From the NCBI GenBank assembly GCA_963738175.1, contig CAVTVI010000011.1, forward strand, positions 18,568 through 82,567: 64,000 bases of DNA. Reading direction: 5' to 3'. The position numbers and the translations under genes were made by a program. The stretch is from an uncultured Verrucomicrobiae bacterium (GTDB taxonomy: Bacteria; Verrucomicrobiota; Verrucomicrobiia; Limisphaerales; UBA11358). Below the pieces are notes generated by a model. The model was not told the origin of the DNA. It searched no databases and saw only the letters and a list, made by a program, of their open reading frames with translations. Below are positions 19,595-29,976 of the stretch, piece after piece. How positions within the stretch are numbered: position 1 is the first letter of the stretch; the number at the start of each line of letters is the position of its first letter.

Positions 19595-20074
19595 ATGAAG
19601 AAGAAATTAAAATGGATTTTCGGCGCGGGCGTCGTGGCATTCGGGCTGTTGCAGTTCACAAATCCGCCACGCACCAATCCGCCGGTAGTGAATAATTTGA
19701 CGGCCACGAACGCGCCACCGCCGGAGATTGCCGCGCTACTGCGCGCCGCTTGTTACGACTGCCATTCGCACGAGACCAAATGGCCGCTGTATTCGCGCAT
19801 CGCGCCGGCCTCGTGGCTGGTTGTCAGCGATGTGGACGAAGGCCGCAAACACCTGAATTTTTCCAAGTGGCCGACCGACCCCGCCGCCATTGCCAAAAAA
19901 TTGGATCGCATCAACGAGGTTCTCGATTACCGCGAAATGCCGCCGAAGAAATACACGCTGCTCCATCCCGAAGCGCGGCTCACCGACGCCGAGCGCAAAC
20001 AGCTCATGGACTGGAGCGACGCGGCGGCAAATAAATTGCGCGCCGCCTCAACCAATGACACTGCTGCATACTGA
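19595..20074 (+). CDS. Heme-binding domain-containing protein (Haem_bd-like)
   Basis: Signal anchor, CYDCHS motif and PASWLV segment. An alternative start is 19574. Confidence 0.7.
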   Translation: MKKKLKWIFGAGVVAFGLLQFTNPPRTNPPVVNNLTATNAPPPEIAALLRAACYDCHSHETKWPLYSRIAPASWLVVSDVDEGRKHLNFSKWPTDPAAIAKKLDRINEVLDYREMPPKKYTLLHPEARLTDAERKQLMDWSDAAANKLRAASTNDTAAY

Positions 20075-20690
20075 ATTAATTCCAGCCGCCGATAAAGATT
20101 CGCGCCGCCTGATGGTCATGCTTCACGGCCTTGGCGACAGCCTCGAAGGCCACCGCTGGTGGCCGGAGGCGATGGGCCTGCCGTGGATGAATTATCTCCT
20201 CGTCAACGCGCCGGACGAATACTACGGCGGTTATTCCTGGTTCGACATCAACGACCTGCCGCCCGGTGTCCAGCGCAGCCGCAAAATTCTTTTCAGTCTG
20301 CTTGACGATTTGCGCGCGAAAAATTTTCCGGCGGAAGAAATCACGCTCGGCGGCTTTTCGCAGGGCTGCCTGATGACGGTGGATGTCGGCCTGCGCTATC
20401 CGCAACGGCTCGCCGGCCTCGTCGGCATCAGCGGCTGGGTCTTTGAACTGGAAAAAACCGTGCGGGAACTCTCGCCCGTCGCGCGGCAGCAGCGTTTGCT
20501 GATGACGCACGGCACGCGCGATCCGATGGTGCCCATCGAAAAAGTGCGCCCGCAGATTCCGCAGCTCAAGGCGGCGGGCATCAACGTGGACTGGCGCGAA
20601 TTTCCCAAGGCGCACACCATCCACGGCGAAACCGAACTGGCCGTGATCCGGAATTTTGTGCGCGCCGGTTATCCGGTTGCGGGCAAATAA
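20055..20690 (+). CDS. Alpha/beta hydrolase, phospholipase/carboxylesterase family
   Basis: HGLGDS and the nucleophile elbow GFSQGC are present, with a THG...D...H arrangement. Confidence 0.8.
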   Translation: MTLLHTELIPAADKDSRRLMVMLHGLGDSLEGHRWWPEAMGLPWMNYLLVNAPDEYYGGYSWFDINDLPPGVQRSRKILFSLLDDLRAKNFPAEEITLGGFSQGCLMTVDVGLRYPQRLAGLVGISGWVFELEKTVRELSPVARQQRLLMTHGTRDPMVPIEKVRPQIPQLKAAGINVDWREFPKAHTIHGETELAVIRNFVRAGYPVAGK

Positions 20691-20734
20691 CCGGCGCGCT
20701 GGTGAAACCGCGCTGGCACGCGGGTTTGGGAAGT

Positions 20735-20944
20735 TCAGATTTTTACTTCGCGGTTCGCACCGGGCATCCAGATTTGTTCCGGGCGCGGCTCGTGAACCGT
20801 CTGCCAGTCCATCGCGCCTTCCACCGCCGCGCGCATCTTGGCGAACCACCATCTGGCCCGCGCCACGCGCTGTTCCCGACGCCGCCCGAAGATGCGCGCC
20901 GGCGTTCCGTTGAATCCGAGTTCGAGTTGTTCGTTGTTCGTCAT
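20735..20944 (-). CDS. Hypothetical small arginine-rich protein
   Basis: ORF from ATG 20944 (MTNNEQLELGFNG...RARWWFAKMR...RPEQ). I recognise no family for it. Confidence 0.35.
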   Translation of the reverse strand: MTNNEQLELGFNGTPARIFGRRREQRVARARWWFAKMRAAVEGAMDWQTVHEPRPEQIWMPGANREVKI

Positions 20945-21141
20945 AATTTGCCTTTCTTTCGACGACACTTTGGCAGCCGGGGTGGGACAAAGGCTGTCCA
21001 ACTCTCCAGATTCCCGGGATTATATCTTTCACAAACCCACGAAAAACGATGAAAACCAATAGAAATCAGGGTGAGAGTGGTGTTTTACCGAAAACATTAA
21101 GCTCTTTTTCAGGTGTTTGGAGATGCTCTGAAATAGCAAAC

Positions 21142-21167
21142 GGGGCGAACCGATTCCGGTTCGCCCC
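21142..21167 (-). terminator. Stem-loop terminator candidate downstream of the PEP-CTERM gene
   Basis: GGGGCGAACCG-ATTC-CGGTTCGCCCC is an 11-bp perfect stem. On the minus strand it is followed by GTTTGCTATTT. Confidence 0.5.
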
Positions 21168-21194
21168 GCAGAAAAAAAATCTTTTGTCAACAGA

Positions 21195-22010
21195 TCAGGC
21201 TTTTCGAGAACGGCGGAAGCCCATCAGCACACCGAGACCGGACAATGCCAACGCGACGCTGCTCGGTTCAGGAACAGCAGTGGCGTCAATTTGGAATGTA
21301 TCAGCACGCATGGTCGAGCTGACGCCTGTTCCGTCAGAATACAGGCCGAAGGCGGTGATGTTGTCTCCCGGAAGAGCCGATGACAAAACGCTGCCAACCG
21401 TGAGCGTGGTGCCAGGAGTGTAGTTCAACGTTTCCCAAGCACTGGCGGCCGTTGTCCAAGTAAAGGTATCCAGTTGCGCTTGGCTGGCGAAATTAGCGGC
21501 ACTGGTCACGGCAGCAGCATTGCCGTAGGTTTGCACGGTGGCATACCAACTCCCGTCAATCTGGACGACAAAATGTTCCAAAGAGGTGGTGAAATTATTT
21601 CCGGAATAGAAGGACATGTCATGAACCGAATAGGTGCCGGTGTTGACAGTATAAGCACTCGTGGTGGCAATCCAGCTCGTGACTCCGGGATGACCGGCAC
21701 CGCCGCTGACGAACAGAAAGCCAGGGCCAGTAGCCGGCTCGGCGGGAGTGGTATTGATGCCAACAGGTCCTGATGAGTTACCAGTGGACGAAGAGAGGCC
21801 GAAAAAACCTGCTACGGCACCGCCGCCAGTTCCTTGTGAGTCAATGGCGGTGGCACTCCAAGATCCAACCCATGAGTCAACGGATGGCGCGACATTAGCA
21901 CCGCTAGTATTAGCGAAAAGCTCGCGATAAATCGCAGTCTGTGCCTGGGATACTTGTGTCGAGAGCAGGCTTGTTCCTGCCAATACGGTTGCCAATAGGG
22001 ATTTTTTCAT
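21195..22010 (-). CDS. PEP-CTERM sorting domain-containing secreted protein
   Basis: Signal peptide, Thr/Ser/Gly-rich body, and the C-terminal tail VPEPSSVALALSGLGVLMGFRRSRKA. Confidence 0.85.
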   Translation of the reverse strand: MKKSLLATVLAGTSLLSTQVSQAQTAIYRELFANTSGANVAPSVDSWVGSWSATAIDSQGTGGGAVAGFFGLSSSTGNSSGPVGINTTPAEPATGPGFLFVSGGAGHPGVTSWIATTSAYTVNTGTYSVHDMSFYSGNNFTTSLEHFVVQIDGSWYATVQTYGNAAAVTSAANFASQAQLDTFTWTTAASAWETLNYTPGTTLTVGSVLSSALPGDNITAFGLYSDGTGVSSTMRADTFQIDATAVPEPSSVALALSGLGVLMGFRRSRKA

Positions 22011-22270
22011 GAGTTTTACAGCTTAACTAATTTTTTTATGTTACAACCAAAATTTAGTTTTGCCAAATATACATTATTTTCGGGAAGGTCAACATCCCTC
22101 TTTCGAGGGATAAGCCCGGTGCGGGAGTAGTGACTTCACGGACGCAAATAGTTGAAGAAAGCCAATGTTTAAGCGGCTGGAAACTGGCTTAATTTCGGGC
22201 AGGATTTTGACGCTTCTTTTTACGGACGATTTTGGCAGGTTTTGACGGCGCGGGAACGGCAATCATCCGC

Positions 22271-22564
22271 TCATTTGCTAATCGGAACGTGAGAATCTTC
22301 AAATGACGTGCCGACCGTTGCCGTAAATTTTTTTCGGCAAGCACCGCAGCAATAGACGCCAGCGCGGATTTTATGATTTGAGCCGGGCTTTGATGTCAGC
22401 TTGTAAATCGCCTTCGCTTCGCCGTTATTCTTGCAATGCGGGCAAATCGGCTTGCCATTATGCCAGCGGAGCGATTCAAACAGCTTCCGCGCCTTGCGCT
22501 CGTTTGAGTATTCCTTCGCCAGCGAAACCAGATTCAGGTCGTCCGCGTCAAATTTAGTTTTCAT
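22271..22564 (-). mobile_element. IS1595-type transposase N-terminal zinc-ribbon fragment (no catalytic domain)
   Basis: The CPHC...CCGACRKKFTATVGTSFEDSHVPISK pattern matches the Zn-ribbon head of IS1595-family transposases. The ORF stops about 100 aa in, with no DDE region downstream. The surrounding context is low GC. Confidence 0.55.
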
Positions 22565-22628
22565 GTTGACAAAGTGTGACACAGTATGTATTGTCTGTCA
22601 AACAAATTGTGTCACAAAATGTAAAATT
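22565..22628. promoter_or_regulatory. Divergent promoter/operator region with two TGTG-N-CACA palindromes
   Basis: TTGACA at 22566-22571, then a 17-nt spacer, then TATTGT. TGTGACACA at 22575-22583 and TGTGTCACA at 22608-22616 are each palindromic and mutually inverted. Confidence 0.45.
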
Positions 22629-22811
22629 ATGATTGAAGAAACCAAAATGGGCAGGCCGACGCTGCCAGCCAAGGAAAGGCGCGGGAAATTCATTTCAACG
22701 CGGGTATCGCCGCCGGAATATGCGGAGATTCACGCCGCAATCAAATCATCTGGCGAAACCAAGACGGAATGGGTTAGAAAGAAGCTTATTGCAGCCGCTC
22801 GCCGCGCATAA
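22629..22811 (+). CDS. Ribbon-helix-helix small DNA-binding protein (CopG/MobC-like)
   Basis: GRPTLP...KFISTRVSPPEYAEIHAAIKSSGETKTEWVRKKLIAAA fits a beta-strand/helix/helix RHH layout. Confidence 0.45.
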   Translation: MIEETKMGRPTLPAKERRGKFISTRVSPPEYAEIHAAIKSSGETKTEWVRKKLIAAARRA

Positions 22812-22830
22812 CAACCGCTTGCGGTTAGTA

Positions 22831-23031
22831 TCATCTCACAATGGTTGGCGCAGGTTTGCCAGCCATTGCTTCAAGTGTCGTTCCTGTGGACTTTGCCCAT
22901 TGGCGCGCTCTGCGCGCCGCCACTCCCAATCTGGCGAGCTTTGCGTAATGCTCTGGTGAACGTCGTTTGCTCTCGCCCGTGCCAGCCTTCCCGCCGCGTG
23001 CCGAAAACTCAATGTGATTCATAATTGCCAA
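22831..23031 (-). CDS. Hypothetical small basic protein
   Basis: An ORF carrying a GGKAG...KRRSPEHYAKLARLGVAARRAR motif. It lies in low-GC context. No function can be assigned. Confidence 0.3.
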   Translation of the reverse strand: MAIMNHIEFSARGGKAGTGESKRRSPEHYAKLARLGVAARRARQWAKSTGTTLEAMAGKPAPTIVR

Positions 23032-23354
23032 CCGCTTGAGGTTGGCAAAAAGAAGTGGCAGTCAATCGCGTTACGGGTTGCGTCCGTGAAATACCCACTC
23101 CCGAGCCCGGTGGCAAAAAACCAACGGCGCTTGGCTTCGTCAAATTGTTAAACCGGGTTTTGTCTTGATCATCGCCGCTGTGCAAAATGTCAGCTAATTT
23201 ACAAAAGATCGAAGGCCACGCCGAAACGGGAATTTTTGCCATTTACGCCAGAGAGATTTTTTGCGCGCTCGACAAGGCGTGTCACTGGATTGTAACTTTC
23301 CCGCCGGATTGTGGAAATCTATCATCCGCGCGTCCGAACCATTTTGAATTTTTT

Positions 23355-25530
23355 ATGAGCGGTTTTAAGCCGGAGCATTTCATCAATCGGGAGTTGAGCT
23401 GGCTTGAATTCAACCAGCGCGTGCTCGACGAGGCGCTCGACCCGGCCAATCCGCTGCTCGAACGGCTCAAGTTTTTCACCATCGTCAGTTCCAACCTCGA
23501 CGAATTTTTTGAGGTGCGCGTGGCCGGGCTGAAACAGGAGATGGAAAGCGGGCAGGGCGAGCGCAGCGTGGACGGCCTGACGGCGCGGGAAACATTTCAG
23601 GCGATTGTCAGCCGCATGCGCCGGATGGTGGCCGACCAATACGAATTGCTGGCGGGAAAATCTGTTGCCTGCGCTGGCGAAGCACAATATCCGCACGCTT
23701 GACATGGAGGAACTGACCGCCGGCGACCTCGGCTGGCTGGAAGAATATTACCTGACCAAAATCCGTCCGGTGCTGACGCCGCTGGCGATTGATCCGGCGC
23801 ATCCGTTTCCGCAACTGCTGAACAAATCACTGAACCTGATGGTGCGGCTGGAAATGGCCCCGCGCGACGGCAACGGCCAGCCGCACAAACATCTGGCCGT
23901 CGTGCAATGCCCGGCGATTCTGCCGCGCCTCATCCAGTTGCCGCGCGATGACGCACGCCGCGACTATGTCTTTTTGAGCCATTTGATCGGGCGTTTCATC
24001 GCCGATTTGTTTCCGGGCACGAAAATACTCGGCTGCTGGGCGTTCCGCGTCACGCGCAACAGCGAGCTTTACATTGACGAGGAGGATTCCAGTAATTTGC
24101 TCAAGGCCGTCGAAACCGAATTGCACAACCGCCGCAAAGGCGACGCGGTGCGTTTGGAGGTTGACCATAATTGCCCGGAACAAATCCGCGCCGCGCTGTT
24201 GAAAACTTTCCGCCTGACCGAGGATGATTTGTATCTGATCAACGGCCCGCTGAACCCGACGCGGCTGATGATGCTTTATCAAGGCGACCATTCACCGGAA
24301 TTGCGCGACCCGCCGTTCGTCGCGCCCGTCGCGCGTGCGTTGCGCGGACGCGAGGATATGTTCGCCGTCATCCGCGAGCGCGACGTGCTGCTGCATCATC
24401 CCTACGAAAATTTCAACAGCGTCGTGGAATTTCTCGAACACGCGGCGCAGGACGAAAAAGTTTTCACCATCAAGGTCACGCTCTACCGCACCGGCGGCGA
24501 TCCGCGCATCATCGGCGCATTGATGGACGCGGTGAACAACGGCAAGCAGGTGACGGCGGCGGTGGAATTGCGCGCGCGGTTCGACGAGGCCAACAACATC
24601 CAATGGACGCGGCAGCTTGAAGAAAATGGCGTTCATGTCGTCTACGGCCTCGTTGGATTCAAGATTCACGCGAAGGTCGCGCTCGTCGTGCGTTCAGAAG
24701 CCGGGCAAATCCGCCGTTACGTCCACCTCGCCACCGGCAACTACAATCCAACCACCGCGCGTTTCTACACAGACATCGGGCTGCTGACGTGCAAGCCGGA
24801 ATTTGGCGAGGACGCGACGAACCTGTTCAACCTGCTCACCGGCATCTGCCAGTTTCAAGGGATGAAAAAGTTGATCGCCGCGCCGTTTGATTTGCACGCG
24901 CGATTGATCCAGTTGATCGAACGCGAAATCGGCCACGCGCAAAAGGGTTTGCCCGCGAAAATCATCGCGCGGATGAATTCGCTCGTGGAGCCGACAATGA
25001 TCGAGGCGCTTTACCGCGCATCGCAGGCGGGCGTGAAAATCGAATTGATCGTGCGCGGCATTTGCTGCCTGCGGCCCGGCGTCAAAGGCGTGAGCGAAAA
25101 CATCACCGTCCGCAGCATCGTGGACCGTTTTCTCGAACACAGCCGGATTTATTATTTTGAGAACGCGCGCCAGTCGGAAGTGTTCGCCGGCAGCGCGGAC
25201 TGGATGCCGCGAAATTTGTTCCGGCGCATCGAGGTGGTTTTTCCCATCGAGGACGGCAACTTGCGCGAGCGCGTCATCGGCGAGATTCTTGCCGTCACGC
25301 TCGCCGACAATGTGAAGGCGCGGTTTCTGCGCGCCGACGGAACCTACCGGCGCACCGAACCGCACAACGGTGAAAAAAAGCGGCGCAGCCAGACGGAATT
25401 CATCGCGCTGGCGACGGCTGAAGAACCGCGCCCGGCGGTGAAAACCGGCGCAAAATATCCGCGCGTCAAATTGCTGCCACGGCCTGAAACCGCCGCGCGT
25501 CCGCAAACAACCGCGATGAAAAAATCATGA
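23355..25530 (+). pseudogene. ppk1: Polyphosphate kinase 1 with a frameshift near 23655
   Basis: The N-terminus [16 protein letters not shown]...[16 protein letters not shown] lies in one frame. [12 protein letters not shown]...KIHAKV...NFRR (two PLD-like domains) continues in the +1 frame. Confidence 0.9.
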
Positions 25531-26048
25531 ACCTTTATTTGTTGCGCCACGGAATCGCCGTTGACCCCAGTGTGCCGGATTTCGCCAAAGACGCGGAACG
25601 TCCGCTGACACCGAAGGGCCGGCGGCGTCTGCGGCAGATCGCCGAGGCGATGGGCGCGCTGAAAATCTCCTTTGATTTGATTTTGTCCAGCCCGTATGTA
25701 CGCGCAAAACAGACGGCGGAAATCGTCGCCAAAATTTTGAAGCGAAAGAAAAAATTAAAATTCACCGACGAGTTGACGCCCGGCGGGAATCCGAAGTCGC
25801 TCATCCAGCAGTTGAATGAATTGCGTCCGCGCCCGAAAAACATTTTGCTCGTGGGCCACGAACCGTATTTGAGCAAGCTCATCGCGCTGCTCACGGCGGG
25901 CAACACGAACATGGAAATTGATTTGAAGAAAGGCAGCCTGTGCAAACTGGAAATGGATTCATTGCGTTACGCCCGTTGCGCCACATTCGTTTACCTGCTC
26001 GCGCCGCGTCATCTGGCGTTGATGACCGGCAAACGTCCGGCGCGTTGA
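25527..26048 (+). CDS. sixA: Phosphohistidine phosphatase SixA
   Basis: LLRHG catalytic motif and a LVGHEP motif. There is an ATGA overlap with ppk1. Confidence 0.8.
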   Translation: MNLYLLRHGIAVDPSVPDFAKDAERPLTPKGRRRLRQIAEAMGALKISFDLILSSPYVRAKQTAEIVAKILKRKKKLKFTDELTPGGNPKSLIQQLNELRPRPKNILLVGHEPYLSKLIALLTAGNTNMEIDLKKGSLCKLEMDSLRYARCATFVYLLAPRHLALMTGKRPAR

Positions 26049-26131
26049 TTCAAATCATTGAGTTTCGTTGAATCGCATCGAAGTTTCACTTGCGTTGTTT
26101 TGACGGCTCACCAACTATTCAGGCGCAATCT

Positions 26132-27142
26132 ATGGCCAAACGCGCGCTCATCACCGGCATCACCGGACAGGACGGTTCGTATCTGACGGAACTGCTTTTA
26201 TCCAAAGGCTACGAAGTCCACGGCATCATCCGCCGCGCCAGCACGTTCAACACGTCGCGGCTGGAACATATTTACGCCGATCCGCACCAGAAATCCAAAT
26301 TGAAACTTCATTACGGTGACTTGAGCGACGCGAGCGCGCTGTCGCGGCTGATCGGCCAGATCGCTCCCGAAGAAGTCTATAATCTCGCGGCGCAAAGCCA
26401 TGTGCGCGTGAGCTTCGACAGCCCGGAATACACGACGGACATCACGGCCACGGGCGCGGTGCGCCTGCTGGAAGCCATCCGCGAAACCGGCATCAAGCCG
26501 CGTTTTTACCAGGCGTCGTCGAGCGAGATGTTCGGCAAGGTGCAGGACATTCCGCAGCGCGAAACCACGCCGTTTTATCCGCGCAGTCCTTATGGTTGTG
26601 CAAAAGTCTATGCCCATTGGATCACGGTGAATTACCGCGAATCGTATGATCTGTTTGCGTGCAGCGGCATTTTGTTCAATCACGAATCTCCGCGCCGCGG
26701 TGAAACTTTCGTCACGCGCAAAATCACCCGCGCGATCGCGCACATCAAGGCCGGTTTGCAGGAAAAACTTTTTCTTGGCAATCTCGACGCGAAACGCGAC
26801 TGGGGTTACGCGAAGGAATATGTCGAGGCGATGTGGCTGATGTTGCAGCAGGAAAAACCGGACGATTATGTCATCGCCACGAACGAAACGCACAGCGTGC
26901 GGGAATTTCTAGAAGTCGCCTTTGCGCACGCCGGTTTGGACTGGCAGAAATATGTCGAGATTGACCCGAATTATTTTCGCCCGGCGGAAGTTGATCTGTT
27001 GATCGGCGATTATTCCAAGGCCAAACAAAAACTTGGCTGGGAGCCGAAAACGACCTTCAAGGCGCTTGCCAAACTGATGGTGGACGCCGACGTGAAACTG
27101 GTGCAAGACCATCTGGCCGGCAAAGGCCGCGTCGCGAGCTGA
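26132..27142 (+). CDS. gmd: GDP-mannose 4,6-dehydratase
   Basis: [25 protein letters not shown] and the [10 protein letters not shown] motif. Confidence 0.95.
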   Translation: MAKRALITGITGQDGSYLTELLLSKGYEVHGIIRRASTFNTSRLEHIYADPHQKSKLKLHYGDLSDASALSRLIGQIAPEEVYNLAAQSHVRVSFDSPEYTTDITATGAVRLLEAIRETGIKPRFYQASSSEMFGKVQDIPQRETTPFYPRSPYGCAKVYAHWITVNYRESYDLFACSGILFNHESPRRGETFVTRKITRAIAHIKAGLQEKLFLGNLDAKRDWGYAKEYVEAMWLMLQQEKPDDYVIATNETHSVREFLEVAFAHAGLDWQKYVEIDPNYFRPAEVDLLIGDYSKAKQKLGWEPKTTFKALAKLMVDADVKLVQDHLAGKGRVAS

Positions 27143-27144
27143 AA

Positions 27145-28089
27145 TTATTTTCCGCGCGATTGCTTGCCGAGAAAATCCGCGTAAGCCAGACGGATGCCGG
27201 CTTCCAGATTGATTTTTGGTTTCCAACCGAGTGCGAACAGCCGCGAGCTGTCCATCAATTTTCGTGGCGTGCCGTCCGGTTTCAATTTGTCCCAAACAAT
27301 CTCGCCGGAAAAACCGACGATTTGTTTTACCAATTCCGCCAATTCGCGGATGGTGATTTCGCTGCCACTGCCGACGTTGATGAACTGCTCCTCGCTGTAG
27401 TTTTGCATCAAAAAAACACATGCGCTCGCGAGGTCGTCCGCGTATAAAAATTCCCGCAACGGCGCGCCGGTTCCCCAGCAGGTGACGTTGGCGGCGGAAT
27501 TGATTTTTGCGTCGTGAAATTTTCGGATGAGCGCCGGCAAAACGTGCGAGGTCTGCAAATCGTAATTGTCGTTCGGTCCATACATATTCGTCGGCATGGC
27601 GCTGATGAAATCGCAGCCGTATTGCTTTCGATACGCCTGGCAAAGTTTGATGCCCGCAATTTTGGCGACGGCATACCACTGGTTCGTCGGTTCGAGCGGG
27701 CCGGTGAGCAGATATTCCTCCTTCAACGGCTGCGGCGCGAGCTTGGGATAAATGCAGGAACTGCCGAGGAATAAAAGTTTCCGCACGCCGGCCAGCTTCG
27801 CCGCGTGGATCAAATTGTCTTGAATCTGCAAATTTTCAAAAAGAAATTCCGCCGGTTGCGTGTTGTTGGCGTGGATGCCGCCGACTTTCGCTGCGGCAAC
27901 GAAAATAAACTCCGGTTTCGCTTCCGTGAAAAATTTCTGCACGGCGGGAGCGTCCAGCAGATTGACTTCCGACCGCGTGCGGCCGGTGAGATTTTTGAAT
28001 CCCTGCCGTTGCAGTTCGCGCCAGATGGCGCTGCCGACCAGTCCGCGATGGCCGGCCACATAAATGCGCGAATTTTCGTTCATCAGCAT
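27145..28089 (-). CDS. fcl: GDP-L-fucose synthase
   Basis: IYVAGHRGLVGSAI, LGSSCIYPK and YAVAKIAG motifs. It is convergent with gmd. Confidence 0.9.
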   Translation of the reverse strand: MLMNENSRIYVAGHRGLVGSAIWRELQRQGFKNLTGRTRSEVNLLDAPAVQKFFTEAKPEFIFVAAAKVGGIHANNTQPAEFLFENLQIQDNLIHAAKLAGVRKLLFLGSSCIYPKLAPQPLKEEYLLTGPLEPTNQWYAVAKIAGIKLCQAYRKQYGCDFISAMPTNMYGPNDNYDLQTSHVLPALIRKFHDAKINSAANVTCWGTGAPLREFLYADDLASACVFLMQNYSEEQFINVGSGSEITIRELAELVKQIVGFSGEIVWDKLKPDGTPRKLMDSSRLFALGWKPKINLEAGIRLAYADFLGKQSRGK

Positions 28090-28171
28090 GACGAAGTATA
28101 AGTCAGAGAAGCCGGGCAATGACAAATGATTCTTCTCGACAAATGAAGCGTCTCACAATTAGACTATTTTC

Positions 28172-28450
28172 ATGGAAACCAGAATGCGTCACCGCGTTAA
28201 AATGCGACGGCACCGCACCTTTTGGGAAAAGTTCTCCAAACGCTTCGTCCTAAATCCAAAATTCAAATGGGTTGTTTTTACAATCGCCTTGATGATTGGA
28301 GCAAGTTTTCATAATGAAACCAAAGGCAGTTCCGCCTATGCGGGTGGCATCATCATTAGTAATGGCGTCCCAGAACCGTCTTCCGTTTCACTGATGGTCA
28401 TTGGTGGTGCGGCGTTTTTGCTGGCTCGCAGGCGTAGAAAAAGCGACTGA
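28172..28450 (+). CDS. Short PEP-CTERM sorting domain protein
   Basis: C-terminal VPEPSSVSLMVIGGAAFLLARRRRKS. Confidence 0.6.
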   Translation: METRMRHRVKMRRHRTFWEKFSKRFVLNPKFKWVVFTIALMIGASFHNETKGSSAYAGGIIISNGVPEPSSVSLMVIGGAAFLLARRRRKSD

Positions 28451-28566
28451 ACAAGCAATCGCAAACGCGGTTTGCTGCGACTTGATAAAATCTTTTCACA
28501 AAACAACCGAATGCCCGTCGCAATCCACACAAGTCCGGCGAGCTGGCGGACAAATAGCAGGGAGTT

Positions 28567-29142
28567 ATGAAAAAGCGACGGCACTTCATCCTGAAAATTT
28601 TCTTCGGCCTCTTTGTTCTGCTGCTTTTGTTCGGTCTGGCCGCGTGTCTGTTTCCCCAGGAAATTTTGACGGTGGACAGCGGCGAGGCGAAGGCCGACGT
28701 GCTGGTGCTGCTGGGCGGAGGGGATGAACGCCCGGCCCGCGCGGCGGAATTGTTCAAGCAGGGCGCGGCGCCCAAAATCCTTGTCAGCGGCTCGGGCGAT
28801 TGCCGGTCCCACGAGCGGAGTCTGGAAAAGGGCGGCGTGCCGGCGGCGGCCATCATTCTGGAATGCGATTCAAAAACCACGCGGGAGAACGCCGAATTTT
28901 CCATTCCGCTGCTCCGGCAAATGGGCGCGCACCGCGTCATCATCGTCACCTCGTGGTATCATTCGCGGCGGGCCTTGCACTGTTTTGAACACTACGCGCC
29001 GGACATCAAATTTTATTCGCGCCCCTCTTATTTTGGCTATGCGCGGAAGGATTGGAAAAGCCACGGCATCGGAAAATATGTGAAATCCGAGTATTGGAAA
29101 CTGATCGGTTACTGGGTGCGTTACGGCGTGCGCCCGGTGTAG
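28567..29142 (+). CDS. YdcF family (DUF218) protein
   Basis: N-terminal TM helix, VLVLLGGG, and TTRENAEFS...IIVTSWYHSRRA. Confidence 0.8.
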   Translation: MKKRRHFILKIFFGLFVLLLLFGLAACLFPQEILTVDSGEAKADVLVLLGGGDERPARAAELFKQGAAPKILVSGSGDCRSHERSLEKGGVPAAAIILECDSKTTRENAEFSIPLLRQMGAHRVIIVTSWYHSRRALHCFEHYAPDIKFYSRPSYFGYARKDWKSHGIGKYVKSEYWKLIGYWVRYGVRPV

Positions 29143-29223
29143 GGAGTGTGGCGGTTTCATTTTGTCTTGCCCCCGGATTTGAAATAAGCCAAGAATTTAC
29201 CAAGTGCTGGCGGTATGGTGGAT

Positions 29224-29299
29224 GGGGTCTTAGCTCAGTTGGTAGAGCGTCTCGTTCGCAATGAGAAGGTCAGGAGTTCGAGCCTCCTAGGCTCCACCA
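29224..29299 (+). tRNA. tRNA-Ala (anticodon CGC), CCA encoded
   Basis: Cloverleaf folded by hand. Acceptor stem GGGGTCT/AGGCTCC carries the G3:U70 alanine identity pair. D arm is GCTC-AGTTGGTA-GAGC. Anticodon loop is TTCGCAA. T arm is AGGAG-TTCGAGC-CTCCT. The 3' end is ACCA. Confidence 0.9.
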
Positions 29300-29455
29300 G
29301 CCTTCGCCTGAACGCAGTGAAAGCGAAGGCTGCCGCGCCGTAGCGCAGCGCAGGCGGGCGAATGTCAAACTGCGCCAGGAGCTTCGGCTCGGCAGGCGGG
29401 CAAGGAACAATGCAATTCTTCTTCGTCCAATTTCAAAGTGAATTAAAAACTCCAA

Positions 29456-29968
29456 ATGCAATCACGCCATTTTGAAGCAATCATTTTTTCCGCCAAGGCC
29501 GCCGTTGCCGCCGTCATTGCCGCGCTGTGTTACAATTTTTTTGATTTGCCCGGCGCGCCGTGGGTGGCGGCGGTTTCCGCCGTGCTGGTGACGCAGCCGG
29601 ACCTTCATTCCTCGTTCAAGGCATCGTTCATGCGCGTGGTCGCCAATCTCGCGGGCGCGTTCGGCGGCGCGGTTTTGCTGGCCGCAACCGGACAACCGAT
29701 TTTGGCGATGGCCATCGGCGTTCTGGTCACCGGGCTGGTTTGTTATCTCCTGAAACAGGACGATGCGCTGCGCCCGGCGTTTGTGGCGGTCATCATCGTG
29801 ACGCTCATCGGCGGAGGCAACGAATGGCACAATTCGCGCGACCGCGTCGCCGCCGTCATCGTCGGCTGCGTGTGCGCGCTGGTCGTGGGTTTTTTATTCG
29901 ACAAACTTTCCGGCGTGTCCCAGCTTTCAAAAAAGAAGGGCGGCGGCGAACCCGGCACCTCGGAATAA
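29456..29968 (+). CDS. FUSC / aromatic-acid-exporter-like membrane protein
   Basis: Four to five hydrophobic helices. Assignment rests on family resemblance only. Confidence 0.6.
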   Translation: MQSRHFEAIIFSAKAAVAAVIAALCYNFFDLPGAPWVAAVSAVLVTQPDLHSSFKASFMRVVANLAGAFGGAVLLAATGQPILAMAIGVLVTGLVCYLLKQDDALRPAFVAVIIVTLIGGGNEWHNSRDRVAAVIVGCVCALVVGFLFDKLSGVSQLSKKKGGGEPGTSE

Positions 29969-29976
29969 TTTTCAAC

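Noticed and set aside
23009-23242. 77-aa ORF on the minus strand upstream of ppk1.
   Set aside because: It has no motifs and an odd composition, overlaps the end of the 66-aa ORF, and has no start context. It was treated as noise within the islet.
29224-29455. tRNA-Ala as an integration site for a genomic island. A GC-rich hairpin GCCTTCGC...GCGAAGGC follows directly.
   Set aside because: There is no integrase, no duplicated copy of the tRNA 3' end downstream, and the flanking genes have native composition. The hairpin is more simply a transcript-end structure or another GC-rich repeat.
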